Source of the DNA: Candidatus Iainarchaeum sp.
GTDB lineage: Archaea; Iainarchaeota; Iainarchaeia; Iainarchaeales; VGJJ01
NCBI GenBank assembly: GCA_016198125.1
Contig: JACQJG010000009.1
Span: forward strand, 5,104-69,103
Length of the DNA stretch: 64,000 bases
Direction of reading: 5' to 3'
The translations under genes and the position numbers were made by a program. Shown here piece by piece: positions 55,330 to 62,734 of the stretch (position 1 is its first letter; the number at the start of each line of letters is the position of its first letter). Under the pieces are notes generated by a model, which worked only from the letters and a program-made list of their open reading frames with translations, was not told where the DNA came from and did not search any database.

Positions 55330-57458
55330 TGAGACAGTTGCTCGCCAAAAATAAGAAAATAATCGTGGAAGAAGTTCCTCTCCCAAACTGCCTGGATAAT
55401 GGCGTGATTGTCGAAAACAGGTTTTCTTTGATCAGCACGGGAACAGAGTTAAGATCCCTCGGAGCAACGGACCTTGACGTAGTCAAAAAAGCCACAGACA
55501 CAAAGCTTTTGAAAAACCTTCCATTAATGATCAGGAGCTACGGGGTAAAAGGCTTCGTCGAAAAAATCCAATCCAAATTGGAGCATACAACCGAGCTTGG
55601 CTACAGTTCTGCAGGGGTTGTAGTCAGGGTTGGAAAAAACGTGAGGGATATTTCTGTAGGAGACAAGGTTGCTTGCGCAGGGGCAGGCTATGCCAACCAC
55701 AGCGAATTCGTCTTTGTTCCAAGAAACCTTGTCGCAAAAATACCCGAAAGAGTGTCGTTCGAAGAAGCCTGTTTCTCCACAGTCGCGTCCATAGCCATGC
55801 ATGGAATGAGAAGGGGAAAAATAGGATTGGGTGAAAAGGTTGCAGTTATAGGCTGCGGGTTGATTGGCGTACTTACATTGGAATTGCTGAAGGCGAACGG
55901 CGCCATGGGCATTGGCATTGAATCCGACCGCGAAAGAATCGCGCTGTTGAAGTCCATGGGATTGAACGTTGTACACGTGAGTGAGGCTGAAGAAACCGTG
56001 CACGATTTCAGCCAAGGAATCGGGGTTGATTCTGCAATAATCACGGCTGCAAGCGATAGCAACGAGCCCATGGAACTGGCTTCAAGGCTTTGCAGGGTCA
56101 ACGGACAAATCATCGTTGTAGGGGTTGTAGGGCTGACCTTGGACAGGAGCTCTGCATACAGGAAAGAAATTGACGTGAAGCTTTCAAGGAGTTATGGCCC
56201 CGGAAGGTACGACCCATTATATGAAGAGTTCGGCGTTGATTATCCTTTCGGTTATGTGCGGTGGACCGAGAACAGGAACATGCAAAGTTTTCTTGAGCTT
56301 GCAAAAGAAAAGAAGGTTGACGTGAGAAAACTTGTTGGAGGGATATATGAACTTGGTGATGCTGAAAAAGGGTATGATGAATTAAACGCAAGGAGAATTT
56401 TGGCTGCATTGATAAAGTATTCTGGGAAAAAAGATTCAACAAGCACGGTTGTTTTACCCGAAGCAAAGGCAAAAAAAACAGGGCAAATTAATGTTGGAAT
56501 CATTAGCGACAAGCGCTTTGAGGAAAACGCGCATTTGAATTTCTGGATTCCCAACATGGCAAAAATTCCTGATTTTAGCATCAAGGGAATTTCCCTTCAT
56601 AAAGGGAACGATTCCAAAGAAATGGCCCAAAGGTTCAATGCAGGGTTCTGCACGACAGACTTCAACGAAATAATAAACAATGCGGATATTGACCTTGTTT
56701 TTGTTTCAGCGACCTCGGAGCCGGAAGTGCATTCCATGATTGCCAAAAAGGCACTGGAGAAAGGGAAACATGTCTTTTTGGACAAGCCCATTGCCTTGAG
56801 CGAAAAAAAACTGGCTGAATTCAAGGAAGCCGTGAAAGAAAGCCGTTCAATCGTAATGGTGGGACACAACAGGCGGTTTTCGCCCTTAACAAAAGAGGTT
56901 AAAGATATTTTTTCGAAGTCCACTGGTCCCATGATAATAAATTACAGGGTCGTGGTTGCCCAAAAAGAAATCAATTCGCTTGCACCTGAAGAAGCTTACT
57001 CCGGGGAAATAATAAACGAAATGACGCATTTTTTCGATTTTTTCATGGCTTTAAGCAATGGTATTCCTGAAAAAATAGAGGCTTTTTCATGCGGGAACAT
57101 GGGCGGAAAAAACAAGACGGATTCAAACATTGTTGTGACAATAAAGTTTTCCGACGGTTCCATTGGAAACCTTGTATTCACTTCGATGGGTTCAAAAAAA
57201 TTCGGGAAAGAAAACATTGAATTGTTTAAAGGAGGCTACACCGTAAAGATAGAGGATTTCAAAAAGCTGATTGTTTTCGGTGAAAGGAGTTATTCAAAAG
57301 AATTCCAAAACCCTGAAAAAGGATGGCTTGAAGAATTAATGGAGTTAAAGAACGCGTTGAGAAGCGGAAAAACCCCCGAAAAAGACCTGGCGGATTCCAT
57401 TAAATCAAATGAAATCGCTTTCGAAGTCTACAAAAAAATCAATGGTGGAATGGCATGA
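55329..57458 (+). CDS. bi-domain oxidoreductase: N-terminal Zn-ADH/MDR-like plus C-terminal Gfo/Idh/MocA-like (copy 1)
   Basis: N-terminal IVENRFSLISTGTE and VAVIGCGLIGVLT. C-terminal INVGIISDKRF... and VGHNRRFSP. Start at the ATG at 55329 (TAATG overlap). Confidence 0.75.
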   Translation: MRQLLAKNKKIIVEEVPLPNCLDNGVIVENRFSLISTGTELRSLGATDLDVVKKATDTKLLKNLPLMIRSYGVKGFVEKIQSKLEHTTELGYSSAGVVVRVGKNVRDISVGDKVACAGAGYANHSEFVFVPRNLVAKIPERVSFEEACFSTVASIAMHGMRRGKIGLGEKVAVIGCGLIGVLTLELLKANGAMGIGIESDRERIALLKSMGLNVVHVSEAEETVHDFSQGIGVDSAIITAASDSNEPMELASRLCRVNGQIIVVGVVGLTLDRSSAYRKEIDVKLSRSYGPGRYDPLYEEFGVDYPFGYVRWTENRNMQSFLELAKEKKVDVRKLVGGIYELGDAEKGYDELNARRILAALIKYSGKKDSTSTVVLPEAKAKKTGQINVGIISDKRFEENAHLNFWIPNMAKIPDFSIKGISLHKGNDSKEMAQRFNAGFCTTDFNEIINNADIDLVFVSATSEPEVHSMIAKKALEKGKHVFLDKPIALSEKKLAEFKEAVKESRSIVMVGHNRRFSPLTKEVKDIFSKSTGPMIINYRVVVAQKEINSLAPEEAYSGEIINEMTHFFDFFMALSNGIPEKIEAFSCGNMGGKNKTDSNIVVTIKFSDGSIGNLVFTSMGSKKFGKENIELFKGGYTVKIEDFKKLIVFGERSYSKEFQNPEKGWLEELMELKNALRSGKTPEKDLADSIKSNEIAFEVYKKINGGMA

Positions 57459-59560
57459 AAGCAGTTTTCGCGCAAAAAGGAAAAATTGTGGTAGAGGACA
57501 TTCCGGTTCCTGCATGCCCTGAGAATGGAGTGCTTGTGGAAACGCATTACTCGGTGGTAAGCCCTGGAACCGAGGGGCGCGCGCTAAAGGGAAGCGGGAC
57601 CAGTGCAACCCAACTCGCACAGCAAAAGAACGCATTCAAGACTCTTAAAGACCACGTGGACCGCAAAGGCGCCGGTTTTGCATGGAAGCTGGTGGAAGAA
57701 CGCTTGAACCGTTTAACTCCTTTGGGGTACAGCTGTGCAGGGCGCATTGTGCAGGTGGGAAAAAAAGTGGACCAGTTAAGCGTTGGAGAATGGGTGAGTT
57801 GTGCCGGAACGGGTTTTGCCAATCATGCAGGTTTTGCCGCAGTTCCAAAAAATCTTGTGGCGCGCATTCCAAGCGGAGTGAGTGCAGATGAAGGTTCGCT
57901 TGCAACATTGGGTGCAGTGGGCATTCATGCCCTGCACCAGGCAGAATTGAAGGCCGGGGAAAACGTGGCCATTATTGGTTTGGGTTTGATGGGCATGCTC
58001 TCGCTCGCACTGGCAAAAGCCCTTGGGTTCAAGGCATGGGGAATTGAATTAAATTCTGAGCGGCGCGGCCTGGCCAAAAAAATGGGACTGGAAGCGTTCT
58101 CATTGGAAGAATGCGAACATTCCATTCGCGCGCAGACCCATGAAAAGGGCGTTGATGCCGTCATCGTGGCGGCCGCAGGAAACGATGATGAGGCCGTGCG
58201 TTTGGCCAACAGCCTGTGCAGAAACCGCGGGACGATTGCAGTGCTTGGAGTTGTTGGATTGGACTTGGACTGGAGTGCCGCATACCACAAGGAAATAAAA
58301 CTTGTCATGGCGCGCAGTTACGGTCCCGGAAGGTATGATGCGCAGTACGAATTGGATGGAATGGATTATCCTTTTGAGTACGTGCGTTTTACGGAACAGC
58401 GGAACATGGGACTTTTTTTGGACCTCTTGAAGGAAAAGAAAGTGGACGGCCGCGCCTTTATTACTGCGGTGTTTGAAGTGGATGATGCGCCCAAGGCATA
58501 CGAGGCCGCAATGAAGGCGGATGGCCTGGGCGTGCTTTTAAAATACAGTGGGCATGCGGTCACTGAAAAAAAAATGCAATTGCACAAAACCGTACAACCG
58601 GTTGAAGGCAAAATCGGCACTGCCCTTATAGGACCCGGACACTTTGCAAGGGAAATCCACGTTCCAAACCTGTACAATGACAAGCGCTTTGACGTGAGGG
58701 CAGTTGCAGCAGGAACGGGTGCCAGTGCAATGGAAACCGCCAGGCTCTTGAACGCGCCCATTGCTACAACGGATTATGCGGAGGCGCTAAGCGGTTCAGG
58801 CGTTAAACTTGCATTCATTTCCACGCCCCCTGAAAGGCACGCGGAAATGGTGCTTGCAGCGCTCAACGCGGGCAGGCACGTTTTTGTAGAAAAACCATTG
58901 TGCGTGAATGAAGAAGAATTGAAGGCCATTGAAAAGGCAAAGGACTTGCACCCTGAATGCATGGTCATGGTGGGGCACAACCGGCGCTACTCGGCGTGCG
59001 CGCAAAAACTAGTGGAGTGGCTGGACAACCGCGAAGGCCCTTTGATGGCCCAGTACAACGTGCGCATTCCCCCTTCAGAGGGCACGCGCGTTCCTTTATG
59101 GAGCGGCGGACGCATTGTGGAGGAGATGACCCACTTCCTGGACTTTTTTGAGTTCATCGCGCAAAGCCCTGCAACCAGCCTGCATGCGCGCACGTTGGGT
59201 GGATTGAAACCGCCCCATTCCATTGACTCCAATATAGTGGTGAATGTTTCCTTTGAGAATGGCGCGCAGTGCACGCTCGCATTCACCACGCTTGCAGGCC
59301 CTTCCGCCTGCAAGGAGGAACTTATTGTGCACAAAGGCGGGGGAACAGCAAGTGTAAGGGATTTTTTGGAATTGGAAGTGCAGGATTCCCTGCATGGAAA
59401 GGAAAGATGGACGTTCAATGGAAAGGGCTGGAAGGAAGAATTGGACGCGCTTGCGCATGCCCTGCAGGGAACGCGTTCCATTGAACGCGAATGGCAGTCC
59501 AGTATCCGGGCCACGGCCGCGGCATTTGAAATTGCAGCACAAATAAGGGGATTGCATTGA
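57455..59560 (+). CDS. bi-domain oxidoreductase: N-terminal Zn-ADH/MDR-like plus C-terminal Gfo/Idh/MocA-like (copy 2)
   Basis: Paralog of the upstream gene (LVETHYSVVSPGTE, VAIIGLGLMGML, IGTALIGPGHFA, VGHNRRYSA). ATGA overlap. Uses CGN Arg codons, unlike copy 1. Confidence 0.75.
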   Translation: MKAVFAQKGKIVVEDIPVPACPENGVLVETHYSVVSPGTEGRALKGSGTSATQLAQQKNAFKTLKDHVDRKGAGFAWKLVEERLNRLTPLGYSCAGRIVQVGKKVDQLSVGEWVSCAGTGFANHAGFAAVPKNLVARIPSGVSADEGSLATLGAVGIHALHQAELKAGENVAIIGLGLMGMLSLALAKALGFKAWGIELNSERRGLAKKMGLEAFSLEECEHSIRAQTHEKGVDAVIVAAAGNDDEAVRLANSLCRNRGTIAVLGVVGLDLDWSAAYHKEIKLVMARSYGPGRYDAQYELDGMDYPFEYVRFTEQRNMGLFLDLLKEKKVDGRAFITAVFEVDDAPKAYEAAMKADGLGVLLKYSGHAVTEKKMQLHKTVQPVEGKIGTALIGPGHFAREIHVPNLYNDKRFDVRAVAAGTGASAMETARLLNAPIATTDYAEALSGSGVKLAFISTPPERHAEMVLAALNAGRHVFVEKPLCVNEEELKAIEKAKDLHPECMVMVGHNRRYSACAQKLVEWLDNREGPLMAQYNVRIPPSEGTRVPLWSGGRIVEEMTHFLDFFEFIAQSPATSLHARTLGGLKPPHSIDSNIVVNVSFENGAQCTLAFTTLAGPSACKEELIVHKGGGTASVRDFLELEVQDSLHGKERWTFNGKGWKEELDALAHALQGTRSIEREWQSSIRATAAAFEIAAQIRGLH

Positions 59561-61119
59561 CTCAGCACAACGTGTACTGGGAACACGCCTTGGAGAAAGT
59601 GCCGCACCTCTTAACACTGCTTGACACCAACCCTCATTCCCCAACATTTGGGTGTTTTGACAAGCGTTACTGGCACCGCAAAACGCGGGATTATGTGAAC
59701 GCGCGCATGCAGGAAGGCGTGTACACGCTTGCATTGTTGTACACTGTTCAACACCCAGAAAACAAATGGTTTTCAGCGCCCTTTGTAAAAGAATGGGCGC
59801 TTGCAGGCATGAATTTTTGGGCCAGGATTCAAGGCAGGAAAGGCGGTTTTGATGAGTACCTGCCCAATGAAGACAATTACGATGCCACTGCGTTTTCATC
59901 GTATGCCATTGCACGCGCGCATGAACTGCTGGAATGCCGTGATGAAAGCGTTTTGAATGCACTGGAAAACGCCGGAAAGTTTTTGCACGCACATGAAGAA
60001 CCCTTTGTAGCCAACCACGAAGCGGGTGCGGGTGCGGCCCTGCAGTGGATTTCCATTGCAACGAAAAAAGAAAAGTACGCGGAATGGGCCAAGAAAAAAA
60101 TAGAGAACCTTCTTATAAACCAGCAGGCCGAGGGATGGTTTTCCGAATACAACGGCTTTGACGTCGGGTATCACACTTTTTCTTTGTATTATTTGAACGC
60201 ATACTATGTGGCAGCGCAACACGCATGGACGGAAGAAGCCCTGAAAAAAGCATTTTCTTTTTTTGCATATTTTGTGCACCCGGATTGCTCGGTTGGAGGC
60301 CATTATGGAAGCAGGGAAACCTACTTTGTACTGCCAACGCCTTTTGAACAGTGGGCGCAAAAAAGCGCGTTGAACGGCGCCTTGGCGCACGCACTGCGCA
60401 GAGGCCTGGAAACCGGAGCGCTTGCAGGGCCTCTTTCATTTGACGACCGGTATTGTGCGGACGCGCTTTACCCTTTTCTGGAATGCGCCCAATTACACCC
60501 TGTTGAAAAAAAGGCGTCCCTGCCTTTTCAGGGAAACGACTTTGACGAATATTTTGAGGGTGCAGGAATGCTTGTGTCCAGGCATGGAAAGTATTACACT
60601 ATCGTGAACGCGCGCAATGGAGGCATTGGCAAGCATTTCATAGGAGAAAAACTTGCGTGGAACGACACCGGATGGGTGTTCGAGCAGAATGGAACCTTGT
60701 ATTGCACCCATGGACCTTCCATTGGATTCAATCCCGTGAAAAAAAACGAGGCCGTGGTGCGCGGGCATTTTTACGGGAAAAAATCCGTGCTTCCAAGCCC
60801 TTCAACACTTGCGGGTTTGCGTGCACTCAACGCCATTGGATTGGGCTCCCATACCAAGAAAATGGTCCGCAACAAACTTATATTAGACCAAAAACCATCG
60901 GCCTTTGAATTCGAACGCAGGATTGCTTTCACAGAGCACGGCACCGAAGTCCAGGATTCTTTCGGGAAGAATGTTCCTGTTGAAAAACTCGCGCTTACCG
61001 CAAACTTTTCAACCCTTTATTCCACGAGCCTGGGTTTGTGGCATTCAAACGCAACGCCTATTCCCCCACCCCACGTGGAATGGAAGGGAAATTCAGCTTG
61101 CATGCGCGTGCAAGGCTAA
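59557..61119 (+). CDS. hypothetical alpha/alpha-toroid-like protein (heparinase II/III- or C5-epimerase-like context)
   Basis: 520 aa. Contains FGCFDKRYWHRKTRDY and aromatic/acidic helical repeats (GGFDEYLPNEDNYDATAF, EGWFSEYNGFDVGYHTF). In my experience this type of protein accompanies bi-domain oxidoreductases in bacterial polysaccharide loci. The assignment is context-based. Confidence 0.3.
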   Translation: MTQHNVYWEHALEKVPHLLTLLDTNPHSPTFGCFDKRYWHRKTRDYVNARMQEGVYTLALLYTVQHPENKWFSAPFVKEWALAGMNFWARIQGRKGGFDEYLPNEDNYDATAFSSYAIARAHELLECRDESVLNALENAGKFLHAHEEPFVANHEAGAGAALQWISIATKKEKYAEWAKKKIENLLINQQAEGWFSEYNGFDVGYHTFSLYYLNAYYVAAQHAWTEEALKKAFSFFAYFVHPDCSVGGHYGSRETYFVLPTPFEQWAQKSALNGALAHALRRGLETGALAGPLSFDDRYCADALYPFLECAQLHPVEKKASLPFQGNDFDEYFEGAGMLVSRHGKYYTIVNARNGGIGKHFIGEKLAWNDTGWVFEQNGTLYCTHGPSIGFNPVKKNEAVVRGHFYGKKSVLPSPSTLAGLRALNAIGLGSHTKKMVRNKLILDQKPSAFEFERRIAFTEHGTEVQDSFGKNVPVEKLALTANFSTLYSTSLGLWHSNATPIPPPHVEWKGNSACMRVQG

Positions 61120-61127
61120 GGCTCTAT

Positions 61128-61153
61128 GGTTGTATGAAAAGGCATTTAAATAC
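61128..61153 (+). promoter_or_regulatory. degenerate motif GGTTGTATGAAAA plus TATA-like box (GCATTTAAATAC) upstream of rSAM paralog 4
   Basis: Same motif-then-TATA order as the other sites, with a weaker match (TTGTAtgAAAA). Confidence 0.3.
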
Positions 61154-61205
61154 TGGTCTTTGTTAAAAGTATTAAAACGCGTTTTACGTGCAGAAGGTCG
61201 TATTC

Positions 61206-62666
61206 ATGCCTGTAAAAATCATGATGTTGAATCCCCCAAGCAAGTACGCCAAGAATGTAGTGCGCGACCTGTTCTGGGGATGCTGGTGCAAGGGCCAGCG
61301 CATTGCTTCCGCCAAGTTTCCGCCCACTACCCTGTTGTGCCTGGATGCAGTGGCGGAAAAAGAAGGCCATACGTCTGTTTTGGCTGACTCCCAGGCAGAA
61401 GACCTGTCTTTTGAACAGGTAAAGGAAATTGTGCGCAAAGAGAAACCGGATGCCGTGCTCATCCCCTCTGCAACCATGACTTTCGCAGAAGACATGGACA
61501 CGCTTGCAGACCTCAAAAAAGAAGTGGATTTTTACTCGATGAGCTTTGGAACCCATGTAACGTTTGAAACCGAGACTGCATTGAAAAATGAATCCCTGGA
61601 CATTGCGATTCTGCGCGAAGCCGAGGCCACGCTTGCAGAATTGTTGAACGTGATTGATAAAGGCGAAAAACTGGATGGCGTGAAAGGAATCGCGTTCCGT
61701 GAGAACGGACAAATCCGCATCAACGAACCCAGGCCCTGGATTCAAAACCTGGATGAATTGCCGTTTCCAAACCGGAAAAAAATTATAAATTATTCCTATT
61801 TCAATCCCCTGGTAAAAAAACTTCCCTGGACCACGGCAGTCACCTCAAGAGGGTGCCCTGCCAGGTGCAATTACTGCACTTCTCCAACGTTTTACGGGAA
61901 CACGTGGCGCGCGCGCAGTGCCGAGAGCGTGGTGGCAGAAATGGAAGAAGCAGCAAAGCTTGGGTTCAAGGAAATTTTTTACCGCGATGAAACATTTCCT
62001 GCAGACCGCAGGCGCGTGGTTGAACTATGCAATCTGATAAAAGAGCGTGGCCTTGAAATGAGCTGGATTTGCTCTTCAAGGGTAAGCACCATGGACAGGG
62101 AATTAATGCAATTAATGCGCAACGCCGGCTGCCACATGATCCGGCTTGGAATTGAATCAGGAAACCAGCGCGTCTTGAACAACATCAAAAAGGGAGCAAC
62201 GGTTCAACAAGCCGAAAATGTATTCACCTGGTCCCATGAAATTGGAATGGAAACCCATGCACACCTGATGATGGGCAACATTGGGGAAACCATGGAAACC
62301 ATCAACGAAACCATTTCATTCATCAAACGCGTGAATCCCACCACCATTACTGTAGGCGCGTTCACTCCCTATCCTGGAACGCCCTTGTTTGAGGAGGTCA
62401 AGCGCCAGGATGCAAGCATTGGAGACGGAACGCAAAGCGATTTAAGCCGCGTTCATTCAACGGGCTTTTTCAGCAAGTACATTTGCGGCATGTCCGACCA
62501 GGACGTTGGAAAGGCCGTAAGGCGCGCATACAAGGAGTTCTATCTCCGGCCTTCCTATATTTTGCAGCGCCTGACAGGCGTGCGTTCCGTGGATGAATTC
62601 AGGCGGCTTGTAGCCGCTGGAATCGAGGTAACCCATTTTGCCACGGGAAACGATGACAGCGAGTAA
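61206..62666 (+). CDS. cobalamin(B12)-binding-domain radical SAM enzyme (paralog 4, NPP-type N-terminus)
   Basis: Contains MPVKIMMLNPPSKY..., TSRGCPARCNYCTSP and LGIESGNQRVLNNIKKG. The track start is GTG at 61188; the ATG at 61206 is preferred. Confidence 0.85.
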   Translation: MPVKIMMLNPPSKYAKNVVRDLFWGCWCKGQRIASAKFPPTTLLCLDAVAEKEGHTSVLADSQAEDLSFEQVKEIVRKEKPDAVLIPSATMTFAEDMDTLADLKKEVDFYSMSFGTHVTFETETALKNESLDIAILREAEATLAELLNVIDKGEKLDGVKGIAFRENGQIRINEPRPWIQNLDELPFPNRKKIINYSYFNPLVKKLPWTTAVTSRGCPARCNYCTSPTFYGNTWRARSAESVVAEMEEAAKLGFKEIFYRDETFPADRRRVVELCNLIKERGLEMSWICSSRVSTMDRELMQLMRNAGCHMIRLGIESGNQRVLNNIKKGATVQQAENVFTWSHEIGMETHAHLMMGNIGETMETINETISFIKRVNPTTITVGAFTPYPGTPLFEEVKRQDASIGDGTQSDLSRVHSTGFFSKYICGMSDQDVGKAVRRAYKEFYLRPSYILQRLTGVRSVDEFRRLVAAGIEVTHFATGNDDSE

Positions 62667-62670
62667 GAGG

Positions 62671-62700
62671 CGTTTTTGTACCAAAAACGGCTTTTAAAGG
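62671..62700 (+). promoter_or_regulatory. perfect inverted repeat CGTTTTTG-TAC-CAAAAACG immediately upstream of the TATA-like box CTTTTAAAGG
   Basis: Two 8-bp arms that are exact reverse complements, with a 3-nt spacer (62671-62689). TATA at 62691-62700. ATG at 62735. Confidence 0.5.
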
Positions 62701-62734
62701 AGCATGAAGGAATCCATCAGGGTGTGAGTGAAGA

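Noticed and set aside
59096-60061. A 321-aa minus-strand ORF spanning the junction of the second bi-domain oxidoreductase and the toroid-like gene.
   Set aside because: It is antisense to two well-supported, translationally coupled genes, and no recognisable domains are present.
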